Source: Utricularia gibba
Lineage: Eukaryota; Plantae; Magnoliophyta
NCBI GenBank assembly: GCA_002189035.1
Contig: NEEC01000016.1
Coordinates: 1,736,001 to 1,800,000 of the forward strand
Direction of reading: 5' to 3'
Length of the DNA: 64,000 bases
Each line of letters starts with the position of its first letter. The stretch's first letter is position 1. The notes below the pieces were generated by a model that saw nothing but the letters and a program-made list of their open reading frames with translations, was not told where the DNA came from and did no database searches. A program made the translations under genes and the position numbers. Shown one piece after another: positions 21,513 to 34,912 of the stretch.

Positions 21513-22529
21513 TGATAACATATATTTTTGAGTGATAGAGTACATGGAAATTACTCATATTGTCCTACAAAAATCATGTTTTATTACTTAATTCTATATT
21601 TTTGTGCATAGTATCATAGTTATGTTATTTTAGTCTTAGTTAGGACTAAATTACCTTCTAATAGTTTCCTTCGAGCTATGCAGTACATGTCGACCGCACA
21701 AATCCCAAAGAGTTGAAGAACCATGGTTTTCTGGAGGGAAAAGTTGTAGAAGAACCATGGAGGATGAAAAAGAAGATTTCAGCTACACTTGAACTTTTCG
21801 TTTATCAGGAATACTATTCCTAATTAGGAATAGATTTAGCTTTCAGCGTGGACTGTTTATCATCTTCTGTCTTTGTTTATGTTTCTTTCTTGATGTTGCA
21901 CAATGACATGAACATGTTCTGGTTTCTAGGTTATGAAAATATTTTTCTTTCCCTTGTTATGAGTGGTTAAGTATTTAGGGATGCCTTGGGGTGAAAAGGG
22001 AGAATTTGTGTTAATCAATCTTTAGACCTAATCAACCATAAGTTACGTCACTTCCTTAAAAAATTAGGATAGATTCAAGAGGAGGAAATAGTGAAACTCA
22101 ACTTAACAACTCTAATTAGAGATAGGCCAAAGATTAGGGGAAAACGAAAGTCCGAGTAGACCTAGACTTTGTGTGTTAGTTGTTTAATTTATGGTTTGTG
22201 TGAGCTTGTTTAATGATAAGCATATCTCCCCTAGGAGTTCCAAAGCATTACCCATTTCATTTTAGGAACAATCGAGTTCAGAAGCTTGTTACTTTTATTT
22301 ACTTTATTTTATTATAACTTTGCCTTAATCCTAGTTAAGACCAATTCTACCAACGTGACACTGATTTCATGCATTAAATTTCACATAGCAAACACCTAGC
22401 TCCTTGTGTTCGACCCTAGTCTACTATGTTCATATTTTTCATATGATTTGAGGTAAATTAGGTTTATAAATTTTATTTGATATGAGAAATTTGCAAATTA
22501 ACAACTTTGCACTAATTTTTCGTTTATCA
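21513..22529 (+). mobile_element. Solo LTR, Athila-like family
   Basis: TGATAACA...CGTTTATCA with perfect TSD ATCTT (21508-21512, 22530-22534). Confidence 0.9.
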
Positions 22530-22747
22530 ATCTTTCAACTATCTAAAGTCATATACTATTACACTTTTTTGTATCACTACCCCATCCAACCCCTAGTGCA
22601 AGTCATCCATATATACACTCGAAGTATTCCAATTTCTTGGTTAGTTGGGTGAGGGGTTATGCTACTCTTGCAAAACCTAGTATGAACTGTTAGTAATAGC
22701 CCGTTACATCCATGAAAGTACATACCTCCACCATGCTTGTAAGCATT

Positions 22748-23178
22748 TGATGAACATGAAAACTTTGTTAAATATCACAATTTATCATGGCAAACAAAAG
22801 AAACTTATAAAACTTGATATTCTTCTACACGAATCATGAAAATCAATATAGCACGACAAAAAAGAGTAAAATTCATAGGGAATAACTGTAATTCTTCGAA
22901 TTCTTTTACATTTACTAAAAACAAGGGGAGGGGTTCTGGGAATTTAATTCATGCATGCATATGATATAAAATAACAATAAATAGGGGTTAACAAGTTGCA
23001 GGGTTGAAGAAGCACTATAAGTATCAGGAATGCTTAGAAAATGTAAGGAGAAGTGATTTAGTTAAGGTTTATATCAAGATCTAGCTCTCATGTCATTTGA
23101 AAGAACCTTTAGACTTAGACCCAATTTTATCACATCTAGAGATTGGGGAAAGGGTTATGGAATAATTACCATACATTT
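22748..23178 (-). mobile_element. Truncated Athila-like LTR
   Basis: Begins TGATGAACA and is collinear with the first ~400 bp of 24571-25726. Confidence 0.6.
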
Positions 23179-23228
23179 GATCTAGCTCTCATGTCATTTG
23201 AAAGAACCTTTAGACTTAGACCCAATTT

Positions 23229-24192
23229 AAAACTAAGATTGTTGTTTAATTTGATGATATTCTTATGTATAGCAAAACATTAGAAGAACATACATGTCGT
23301 TTGCATGAAGTGCTGCTTGTCTTGAGAAAAGAGTGTATGTATGTTAAGATCAAGAAGTGTGACTTTTTTACAAACAAAATCTATTTTCTTGACTACATTG
23401 TGAGTGATGCATGAATTTCAGTGGATAAAGAGAAGGCGAAGGTAATTAAGGAACGGCCAACTCCTACCATGGTTGGAGAAGTCCATAGCTTCCAAGGATT
23501 GGCTAGTTTTTATTGTTGTTTTGTCAAGGATTTCAACACCCTAGGATTTCATTGAGAAAATCAATGGCAATGCTTACAAAATTGATCTATCAAGTGAGTT
23601 TTCTTTTTATTCTACATTCAATATTGCTGATTTGATTCCTTATGATGTAAATGATGATGATCAAATGATGAATCTTTTAAAAGAAGGGGCAATGATGAGA
23701 TCATAGATTCCAAAGATGAACACAATTAAAATGAAGGGAAGAAGGTCACTAATCTTTTAGTGATTTTTTTCTTGGCCAGTCACTAGATCAAGAACAAGAA
23801 AGAATCAAAAGCTTCTTAAAGGATTATGGGAGAACCAAAAAAATCAATGAAGAGAATGACATTGAGTTTAATCTACTCAAAATGGACCAAGTGGAGTAAA
23901 GTTGGACCCTTACTTTCAAGTTCACTTTTTGTACTTGTTATGTATTTTGAGAGCATTGCTCCTTACTTGAGTTTTTATATAATCTTAGACTTATCAAACT
24001 TTGTTGTAATGTTTAGTATGGTTTATCACTCCTATTTCATTTCTTGTTCTTTGAGTGTGGTACCATTTTTATAGTTTGAGTTGCAAGGATTTTCATTTTT
24101 TGAAAGCTAACTTCTTCTTTTCTTGAAGGATTGCTTTATTTGAAACCCAAGATCCAATTTTCCAAACACTTGTTAATTGGAGATTCGTATCA
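23229..24192 (+). mobile_element. Gypsy (CRM-like) remnant: RT fragment, integrase tail and 3' LTR (23693-24192)
   Basis: LHEVLLVLRKE...KKCDFF...FLDYIVS...SFQGLASFY, then LEKINGNAYKIDL...FNIADL. PPT AAAGAAGGGGCAA is followed by TGATG...GTATCA. Confidence 0.75.
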
Positions 24193-24570
24193 CGAGTGGT
24201 GGTGAAGGATAACTAAGGAAGCACCCATGGGGTGTGTATGTGTGAGTTTTTGTAGTATGGGCTATAGCCCCTTTTGTGGAAATCTCATGACTATCTTAAA
24301 AACTTAACAAACTACATGATCATGATATATGGACATGAAGTGTTTTGATAGGGCACAATGCACCCTAGGGACAATCCAATTACCTATCAAGAGCACCTCT
24401 CTCTTCATAAATGTAAGAGCCAATATCAAGAACTATGATATATTCTCAAGAATGAAGACCATGAGATAGTGAAAGCACAAATAAAAATTGGTAGGTAAAG
24501 TTATTATGAATAAAAGATATAGGGTTTGAGACATGGCATTAGGTTCAAAAGGGAGTTGGAGGTAGCCCCT

Positions 24571-25726
24571 TGATAAACGTTAAAATAGGATGTTAAATGT
24601 CACGGTCTCGCACATTCAACACATCAAAAGAAATTTATAAACCTAGCTATTTTATTACACAAATCACAAGAATTAATGAGGTGTAACAAGCAAGGGTCAA
24701 ATCAATAGGGAATGGTTGTAATTTCCTGAAGTCCTCTACATTTATTGAAAACAAGGGGGTTTTTTGGGGATTTTAGCTCTAAATAACAGTAGTTTAAATA
24801 AATGAGTTGAAAGGGTGAAGAAGCACAAAAAATAGCAGGAATGCATAGAAAATATAAAGTAAAAATGTCTTGACTGAGTTTTACACTAAGGTCTAGCTCT
24901 TGTATCACTCAAGAGAGACTATAGGCTTAAATCCAGTTTTAACATGCTTAAAAACAGAGCAAAGGGTCGCGGAAACAGTAAATAACATGTTAAACTTAAA
25001 AGCAAACATGAAGAATTTAAATAGAAACATGTTCATAAGCTGAAATAAGATCTACGAGGGATTTCTTGTTTACAACAAGGTACCAGAACTTAATAGAATG
25101 CATGAAAACTTAGGAAGTAACAATAATAAGTTCAACAACAGCGAAAGTGTAGAAAAAAAATGCAAATAAAAGTAGCAAGCTGCTTCTGTGGTTTGTAGAT
25201 GTACTAAAAATCAAAGTTTTGAGTGGAAAGCTGGTGTAGAAATGTAGATTTGAAGGTCATCGGAGCTATTCACCAAAGAAACACAGTTCTCCTCACTCCC
25301 CTCCTCTACTATTCGCTTCCTCTCTCTCTTCTTCCTTTTTTTCTTTTCCGGCTCAAAAGCAAGGATATCTCCATCTTTTCCATGGGCTTGTAGAAGGAAG
25401 ACCTCTGCTCCATATCTTATTTTGTCAGAAGGCGGCTGCTTTCGATGAAAAGTAGCTTTTGCATAGCTTTTCTATCACTTTTGACTTGTCAAAACAGAAA
25501 ATGCGTTGCTATAGTACTAATTCTTACCCTATTAAGATTTAAACTGAGACTAGAAGAAATATTAGAGTTTTTGACTCAATTGTTGTCAATTGAGCCTGTT
25601 TTCCCAATAAATATATTTCAACAAACTAAATACACAAAAGGAAATAATTTAGCATACTAAAAAACTTTTAACCCTACAAAATACACCTAAAATATATATT
25701 AAAATTCAATAAAAGCAGTGTCATCA
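24571..25726 (-). mobile_element. Solo LTR, Athila-like family
   Basis: TGATAAACG...TGTCATCA. TSD CCCCT/CCCCC (4 of 5 match). Confidence 0.85.
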
Positions 25727-26402
25727 CCCCCCAAGTAAAGGAAAACACCAAAGACTATACCTAGATGTGATTAGATGTGCGAGTAGAGACTTGGCACCAT
25801 TTGTGATCTAAAATTCCCTTTTTCTTTTGAATTGCAGTTGCAGGGTTGAGTTATGGATTAGGCAAGAAAGAGGAATAATCCATACCATGCTACCATACTC
25901 CCACGCGAGATTGCCATCTCTACTCCAAGTGGATAGCCTACCGCAAAGAGCTCAACCCTCAATTCCCTCTTTGGGCACAAGCCCTAGGGTGCATGCTAGA
26001 GATCCACCATCCTCATGATGGCTACCGTCATCAATGTCCCCAAGGCAATTTCATCATATTCCCTCCAGAAGTGAGGGTGGATACCTTTAGCATGCCCTTG
26101 CTATGATCTCATCTACTTATCCCATCCCTTTCTAGACTCTTATGTACTTCATCTAAACCCCCTTACCATTCTCTTGTTGTCGTTCGAGATTCCCATGAGT
26201 CTTAGCACCCTCTTACTATGCTCTCCCAACAAGCACCTTGCACATCTACTCTTTTTCTTTTATAGACGTGTCTATCCTTGCATGCAACATACTCTTATCT
26301 GCTTCACATGCAAGCCATTCAGTCCCTCCTATGTCATGTTATCATATGCCTGCTCCTCATCATGATTATAGTTGCCTACCTTAATTTCCATTGTACTTAT
26401 TA

Positions 26403-26810
26403 GTGCACATTTGGTTGGTGGGTAACACTTAAACCCAAGTTTCATTTATTTGGTTTAGATAAATGGATTTTATGGGTTTAGTAGATTAGTCGTATTTGGT
26501 TGATGGGTTTAGTTTATTTGGGTTTAATATAGAGATACGTTTGATACATGGATATAAAATTAGGTATAAGATGAACGTATATACGACATTACTAATATAC
26601 CCTTTAGTTAAATAAAATTAATTATTACATATTTTAATTTTCTAAATCATTTTACAAGTTCAATCAAGCACCGCATAGTATAAATCATGGTGCTTAGTTG
26701 AAACTATATTTTGTAGCAAGCAACGTGTAATAATAGATACGGTGCTTGTCTTCAAAACGAAAAACTCACATTTAGCAACAAAAACAAAAACCCACTACAT
26801 GGTGCTCGTA
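26403..26810. mobile_element. Decayed left end of a PIF element related to 5009-10476
   Basis: TTA followed by GTGCACATTTGGTTGGTGGG (15/20 to the TIR). Shares GATGGGTTTA/TTATTTGGGTTTA subterminal blocks and TTACTAATATA with 5041-5210. Confidence 0.65.
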
Positions 26811-26919
26811 TTTTCATCTTTGTCTTTTACTTCTTCTTCTTCTTCTTCTAGCCCACGTACCAAACGTGAGTTTATCCCTAAATCCTCTAATGTGAAAAAC
26901 GAACATCAAGGCCCAGTCC

Positions 26920-27799
26920 AGCGCTATTGTTTCGGACTATGAAGAATAGCAGACAGAAATCAGAACCATTTCTACTTTACTTTTGTTTGCTGAACGTTTT
27001 TAGTTTCTGTGACCAACTCTCTCACGATGTCTGACATTTTCGCTGTTTTATCTTAATGTTATCATGTTTTACCTTCCATACATGAGTAACTAACCCTTAG
27101 GGATGCCTTAAGGAGTAAAATGGTGATGTGAGGCTAGAGTTTATAATATGATTTATCATTGTTTTTTAACATTTATTTATATCATTCCATGAGTAGATCT
27201 AGGGGAGGGGGAGAAGAAATAAGTAGCTTCACAACTCAAATACTTGATTTAGAGGTAGATCAACAAATCAAGACGAGGATAATAGATATTAGTCCACGGT
27301 AGAATTAATATAACTAGGTAGACCTAGTTTTATATACTTTGCATGCGATTAGAACTAATTGCAAAATTAGATGATGATATTGGAGGATTATCTTAACCGA
27401 AAATATGATGAATGACTTGAGTAGACTTAAGTTATTTGAAATTATGAGTATAGAAATTTTGTAGATTATATTAGAGACCTTAGTACCACATTACATGCAT
27501 ATCCTTTTTAGTATTACCTCACATTTAGAACGAGCACTTGTTAATTTCTACCTTGCAACTTGACCTTACTTCACGAGTTTGTCTGTAACTGTTAGTTTGA
27601 CCTTAGACTAAAACTGAAACTATTTTGTGATCTTGCATAGACTAGAACACTTTGCAAATATCAGTTCCTTGTGATCGACCCCGAAATTCCACTCTACATT
27701 TTTTGTTTAATTTGTATTAAGTGAGGATTATGGATTATAAATTTATTTGATACAAAGATTTCTATTTTTATAATGACATTAGAAATTTTATGTTTATCA
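26920..27799 (+). mobile_element. Partial Athila-like LTR, left boundary approximate
   Basis: Ends ...ATTTTATGTTTATCA and is similar to the other family members (TTCCTTGTGATCGACCCCG block). Confidence 0.6.
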
Positions 27800-28276
27800 T
27801 TTGTCATCACAAATATCATGTCAAATTTAAGCGAAAACTAGGAATCTCCCCTGAATACTTTATTAAATAATTTTATTTATTTATTTTAAATTAGAACAAA
27901 TTTAAAATTAAATTTAAATTTGAAACTATTTAAGTATAATGTAAGTTTTATTTTTTAATTATAATGTATAATATCATATTAATACCTTTTTTATTATCAT
28001 TACATATGGAATCATTTACTATTGATATTTTTATCACTTCCACATCTATGTTTTGCATTTCCAAATTACACAGCTTACAAACAACTCATTAGCTTTCACA
28101 TTTTTACATATTTTGCACGTTTTTTTTGTTTTTTTGTAAAAATGTGGAGTTCTATTAATTTGACGACAAAAATATGATGTGGGATCGGTTGAGACTGCAA
28201 CCATTGAAGACAAATCTTTAGAGCTCAGGGTTCCAAACTAGGGCCCATGTAGCTGCTGCTAGCAAGTGTTCAAAAC

Positions 28277-30501
28277 TCATGATCTTACTTGAAAATCACC
28301 TGATCGAGTATGCGCTCGGAAGCCTTTATATGGGCGTGATGGCAAGTTTTTAAGCTCCAGTTGCTCGACCTTCAAGCCTGAGAGTGCAACTCCCATGATC
28401 TTGAATGCCACTTGAAAAGTGGGGAAGACGTGCAGCCGCTCCACACCTGCCTGGAGCACCAGTTTACCAGACAATGAGGGAGTTTTGTCCTTGGGCATTT
28501 GCCCTATCGTCCATGAGCAGCTCTGTGTTTTCAAGATAATGTGATCAGTGAAGAATCTAGTCAGGGGGAGAATGATCCTTGAAGCACTACCTTGTCGGCA
28601 AGAATGCTTACAGCCCCATAATTTGGAGAGAGATCTGATGATGAAACAGAGGCAGGGAGTTTGAATTGAACCGTCACGGAGTCAATTGGTTTTCCTGGAT
28701 CATGCCGTATTCCCACCATAACACTTAGTTGGCACGTCCCTGAATCAGAGTTCAGCTGCGGCTTCACGTAAATCGGAACATTTTTCAGCTTTTTAACCCT
28801 GAGAGGGGAAATGAATGAGAGCTGGTGATGACAACCGAAATATACATACAGCAAAAACATATCCCACTGCAAACCTGTAGCTCATGAGGTTGAACTGCCC
28901 ATCAGGTGGCACAAATGATAGAACTTGGTTTGATTCCCATGAACGGAATCGGACACATGGGTGAAATCTTGTGTCATTGAGAATGGAAGGGTTCGCAAAT
29001 GACAATGTAAGATCCGGGAGACCAGAGAGATGAGAATCTACTTGAACTTCCCCACATATTTCGCATTTTACCATGACCCCATCTCTGAAAGACAGATAAA
29101 ATTCAGGAGGCCAGAAGAAAGAAAATGAAATGGAAGACGTGCTTTTGTAACCAAATAATGTGGCACCGATTTATGGTGGCATCCAGTTCTTCAACCAGAC
29201 TGACATAAACTTCATTACTGGCATGTTTAAGGTCAGCCTTCCTCCACGGAATACATGAAGATGTCGAGCCAGGAAGTGTGCCACTCACGTTCGACGTGTT
29301 GCCAGTTATGACACTGATAACCTTCCCAACAAGGTTGGGAGGAGCTATCATTTCCCTTAGGATATTTGGTTCTGTAGTCAAAGGGAAGCCACTATCAATC
29401 ATTTCATCCAGTAGCTGCATCAACATTGGAGACTCTGTGTTACACCCCGAAAGCAATTACAGGAGTTCAAATGGCAAGTAAATATGTAGCTGCTCCGTTT
29501 GTAAAGGGAACCAATGATTCTCATATATCATAGATTGTGAAAGTGAGCAACTGTTTCACTTATGCATATAACATAATGAATGTGGACGAAAATACCATAC
29601 ATAAAATCACCGGTCTGATATAAATATGAAACATCCCTTTCCTAACAAAGTGCAGGTCAAGGACAAGCAAAAATAAAGATGTACATATTTTCAGCACTCT
29701 TTGTTCTAGTTTTATCCAACAACGCAGGTAGAGCCAAGGTTACTGAATTGTAAAAATAAAAACCAATAAAAAAGACATGGAAATTTGTTCTACCCCACGA
29801 TAAGCAGGAACAAAAGCGTACCTCGTACACAATAACAAAATTATCCTTAATCAAATCTTCATTCAATCCATCCAAGTATCCGGAGAGAACATTAGCTACC
29901 CTGTAAAGAAACTAAATAACAAGAATATGCTAAAGAGTTTTGCATGATGGGGTCTCACAGATAACCGGAAAGGCCAAAAAAATGCTTACCTCAATTGCCA
30001 GCAATGGCGGCATCTCAACTTGTGCGCAACCCAAAAATATGATCCCATCACGAACCACTTGAAACAAGTAATGTGTAGGAGAAGTGATAACTGGTACCAG
30101 CTACAACAAAAGTAACTCACTATATTTAGGAACTTATGCCCGATAGAAAACGTTAAATTTTGTCCGTTTACCTTCAAAGCATCACCTTGACTCAGCATCT
30201 GATCCCAGAACCATGAACATATGGAGCGGTCGACTTTATGACCGGTCAACTGTTTTTCCAGTATCACTTCCCTGAAATATACAGATCATTTAGAAACTTC
30301 AAGCACCCACAAATCAACGCTGTCACTTTATGTTTCGTTTTGAAAATATCCCAAATTCTAACGGATAACCCCACAATCAGGAATTTGAAATGTCTCGATC
30401 TTTCTTGACCCTTGATTTAAAAATTCAGCATAAGAAACCACAGAGATGCAGTACTTGAGCGCATACCCGGAATCTGACAGTATAAAGATGCATTGCAACA
30501 T
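28277..30501 (-). CDS. AP3M: AP-3 adaptor complex subunit mu
   Basis: Exons 30501-30467, 30271-30172, 30100-29990, 29911-29822, 29414-29167, 29084-28875, 28798-28591, 28522-28277. Motifs MLQCIFILSDSG, DNFVIVYELLDEMIDSGFPLTTEPNILREMIAPP, IPWRK, LSGLPDLTLSF, FHPCVRF, SFVPPDGQFNLMSY, YKGFR. Confidence 0.95.
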
Positions 30502-30716
30502 TCCTGCAACCGCTTCAAAATTTTTCCGGGAAGTTGAAGGCAACTGCGGATGCTCACCCAGAAGCAAAGAGATCGTTTAGTAGAAATTAACGATCGAACC
30601 ATATAAAAGCTTGAATTTCAAAGCACCCCACTTTTTATCTCATTTTTCAAATGTATCCCAAAATGAACTAAAATAATATCCATCTGGAGGCAGTTTCAGA
30701 ATATTCGTAAAAAGCG

Positions 30717-31375
30717 AGGGGTAATGCGGATGGGCTTCCTTGGTGGAATACCCCTCGCAAAAACCAGGTTTGCAGAATACCCGGTTCCAAAAGTATTGTC
30801 AAAAAATCCCTCTTTTGAATTTTTTATTATTTTTCATATAATTATATTAAAAAATATATCTTTTGATGTATAAATGTTATTTATTTAATATTTATGTGTA
30901 TATAATAACAAAAAAATAAAAAAAGTAATTGTTTTTTAAAATGTAATTAAAGATCTATAAATATTTGTTATTCAAAAATTTAATTTTGAAATTCAATTTT
31001 CATTTCTAATTAATTCAATACTTTATGAATTGTAAAATCAAAATTTTATGTAACATAATTTAAAAATTTTATTGAAAATATAATAATAAGATAGAATTAT
31101 TTATCATATTATTATTTAAAAACAATACTTCTATAAATGTATTAATAAATTCAATTGAAAATATAAAAAAAATAAATTGAAATTTATTAGAAAAAATATG
31201 CATATATAGGTATTTATTTTTTTATATATTATTCATATGTATTTTTTATTATTTTTTGTATTGAAACTAAGAATATTCAACAAATAAAATAAAAAGGTAA
31301 GGTATTATACAAATGATGTTGAAGAGTGGGGTATTCATCAAAGTATTGCTAGTGGGGCATTGTGCTAAATTACCC
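30717..31375. mobile_element. Possible degenerate Mutator-like MITE upstream of AP3M
   Basis: Imperfect long inverted ends (GGGTAAT...GAATACCCC on the left; GGGGTATTC...ATTACCC on the right) around an AT-rich core. No TSD verified. Confidence 0.35.
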
Positions 31376-31628
31376 ACATTATGGTAACTGTTGTAATAAA
31401 TCTGATATAACTGTTATTACATATCAAGATAAGATTATTTTGAATACAAAAAATACGTTCATACTATACTTCATCCTTTATCTCTCTTTATCAGAGTTTA
31501 ATTATTAACTCCACTCTTTAAGGATGCGTTTGATTTGTATGTATAAAATAAATATAAATGAGTTAATAAAAGATACATTTGTTAATATATTATTAAATAT
31601 TTAATTGGTTTTTAAACCAAAACCCATA

Positions 31629-34600
31629 GGGGGTGTTTGTTTGGATGGTTTTTGTGGGATTTCGGAGGATTGAATTTAAAATCGTGTTTGATTGGAAAAA
31701 GAGGACTTCATTAGATTTATTAAAAGGATTTTGAAAACCATTATACATGCCTTTTTAGAATTCAATTTTTATGGACCAGATTCTTAAATCCTCTTATAAA
31801 AAGACATAATTGTCCTTATGAAAAATAAAAGAAATTGTTATAATTTTACATTCTCATCCTTCACCAGAGTCGCAATTCAAGTTTCTCTACTGCTAGTTTA
31901 CATCGGGGTCTCTATCCAGTCTAAATTTGGGCTAGGGATTTGTGGGTAATTGTTTTTTTCTTAAAATCGCTCATTAATTTTCATGTGTTGCTTCATTTTG
32001 TTGGTATTGATTCAAGCTTGTGGGTAACTTTCATATTTGCTATGGGTCTCCATCCATTAGTTCAAATTTAATATTACTTTTAATTATGATGTGGCCTCTT
32101 GGTTTAAATGGATACGTATCAATTTTATCACAATTGCTTTTGTATATGATTCGTGTTTGTTTGATTAGAATCATCAATTATTTGCTCCCATTTTGAATTC
32201 AATTAGTTATTGGTGGAAGATTAATTTTGAATGATATTTTAGGGGATATGGATTCGTTTGCCTAATGTGAATTTTTGTTGCCAATTTTGAAGTTCCATGC
32301 CAACAATATGTTTGTGATGAATTTTGGTAATTATGATTTTGAAAGCGATTTCTAGTGCCAATGATGAGGCCTAGACTTACATATTGTAGAAAGATCGAAT
32401 ATCAAAGCATCCTATGAAAATCTTAGATTGAGTGAAAGTATGTTTAAACGTATTTGTGAATTACTAGTTGTTCATGGTGGTCTTAGACCATCAAAGTATG
32501 TATTTGTGTCTGAAAAATTAGTTATGTTTCTTGGAGTATTAGACCACCATAAGAAAATGAGAATTCTAAAGTTTGATTTTAAAAGGTCGATCCAAACGAT
32601 AAGCAAGTACATCAAGACTATTCTTCGTTATATACTTAGATTGCATGATGTATTCTTAGCCAAACCCAAACCTATAAAACGTGTAAATGTCTTCAAATTT
32701 TTTGAAAATTGTTTGGGAGCCTTAGATGAAACTTATATTGACTTGAATGTAAATGAATTCTACAAACCGAGATATAGAACTCATAAAGGTGGAATATCAT
32801 CCAATATTCTAGGAGTTTGTAATAAAAAATTCTAATTTATCTACATTTTTTTTGGATGGGAAGGCTCAGCTGCAGATAGTCGTGTACTATGGAAATCTCT
32901 TACACGAGAACTTGGCTTATGTGTGTGCAGAGGAATGCTTATGACTTATATCGCTGCACGTTTTTTTTGGGTGTTGCTACTAATTTAGTGTAAATGTTTG
33001 GGGTGTGTAGGTTATTATTATCTTGCAGATTGTGGTTACACTAATTGTGAGGGTTTTATCACACCGTTTTGGGTAGTTTGATATCATCTTAAGGAATGGG
33101 TTCCTAGAACACAAATCCCTCAAAATGCAAGAGAATACTACAATATGAGGCATGCAAAAATAAAAAGTGTTACTTCACAATTTTATTCTACAATTGAAAT
33201 AGCTTGGGGAATAATGAAAAAGATATGGTGTATTCTTTGCAACCCTTCATTTTATTCTATCAATACACAGAGTCGCCTAATAATTGCTTGTGCGTTATTT
33301 CACAATTTTATTTTTTAAGAATTGGTTGAGGATCCTTTAGATGCGAAGTACCGAAGGATTATTGATAAACGGAAATTTTAGCATATCGTTGCAATAAAAG
33401 CAAACTTCTATATCAAATAAATTTATAGTCCCTAATCTACACAAAATACAAATTTAAAAAACTTATATAGTGGATTTCGGGGTCGATCACAAGGAACTTG
33501 TGCTTGCTTAGTGTTCTAGTAGATGCATAATTTGTTATAACATAAAGTCTTAGTCTAAGCTCGGACTAGCAGTGGAAAATATGTTCAGTAAACGAAATCA
33601 GGTTTCAATGCGAAAGGTAGAAAGTACTGGTTCTAACTGAGAATAATACGTAAATGCCTTAAGGGTTTGCAGGTGGTGTGGTGCTAAAATGTCTAAGTTA
33701 AATTACCATATTCCTGCACCCACAACTTCAAATCACCTAGGTCTACCCAGGTTATTTGTCATATTTTCAGCTAAGCTAGTCTCTAATATCATCACCAACA
33801 TTACAATTAGGTCTACCCACATGTAAAGTGTATAGAACTAGATCTACCCAGTTCTATTAGTTCTACCCCGGACTAACACCTACTGTACTCATCTTGATTT
33901 GTTGGTCTACCTCTAAACCAAGCTTCTTAGTCGCGAAATTACTTGTTCTCCTCCTTAGGTCTACCCATGGAATGATAGAAACAAGAACTAAAAAACAATG
34001 ATAAATTTTACTAAGAATCCTAGACCCACACCACCATGCTTCACCTTAATACATCCCTAAGCTTCTAGTTACTCATACTTTAAAGGTAAAATATGATAAC
34101 ATTAACATAAAATGATAAAAACGTCAAGAACATCGTGAAAGAGTTGGTTGCAAAAACTGAAAACATAAACAAACTAAAATAAAGCAGTAAGAGTTCTGGT
34201 TTCCGTCTGCTACTGTTCCTGGACCGGAACAGTAGCACTGAACTGGTTCTGATACTGTGCTTGAGGATGAAGATCTTCTTCTCCTCTTCTAGTCAGTGTT
34301 TTTCGTGTTCAAGTTGAAGGAGAAGTCGTTGGAGGTTGCTGGGGGAGTTCGTCCCGACGTTGGAGGTCAGTGGTGTTGGAGGGAAAACCCTCGTGTGTCT
34401 TCTCAAAACTTGTCTTCCCCCTTTTCGAAAAATATCTTCCCTCATTTACTCCTATGCATTGTTCCTGACACCAGCACTCTTCTTGGCTTGAACCTGCAGA
34501 CTACAGGTGGTAGAACAGTGCTCGTTGTCCCTCTTCGGTTGTTGCGTCCTTTTCTACTTGTTCCACACGTTTGTGAGTCTGATTATGCTACTGATCTCCC

Positions 34601-34912
34601 TACTGAACTTAGTCAAACATTAGCACAAAGATGGTGGACTAAATCAAAGGATTTAGTCCACTTTTCAACATAAACACACAAGATTAATATAAACACCACA
34701 TAAACATGAAAAGCTATATTTACCTAGCCTAAAACACAATAAAATATAGCCATTTTGTATTGTAAAATTTAGAGAAAATGTGTATCATCAGTTATCAACA
34801 AGAAGATGATGTTGTTGATGATTTCATCAAAACTGTTGAACCTTCGCAAGCTTAGAATACATGGCGTAATGATTTGATTGAAGCCATATATCAAGAATGG
34901 TTGAATGCTTAG
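31629..34912 (+). mobile_element. Second PIF/Harbinger element, decayed transposase interrupted by a solo LTR
   Basis: Left end GGGGGTGTTTGTTTGG. Transposase motifs MSESMFKRICELL, CLGALDETY, GWEGSAADSRVL, YYLADCGY, ACALFHN...DPLD. The C-terminus ...WRNDLIEAIYQEW resumes at 34791. Right TIR not found. Confidence 0.8.
33363..34790 (-). mobile_element. Solo LTR, Athila-like, inserted in the PIF transposase
   Basis: TGATAAACGG...TATCATCA. TSD ATTAT/GTTAT. The transposase reading resumes across it. Confidence 0.88.

Noticed and set aside
24200-26390. Coding potential in the DNA flanking the 24571 solo LTR
   Set aside because: It has moderate GC and looks like a decayed element, but no protein family could be recognised in any frame.
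34296-34673. 125-aa ORF and similar ORFs at 39403-40055
   Set aside because: They lie wholly within solo LTRs and are chance frames.
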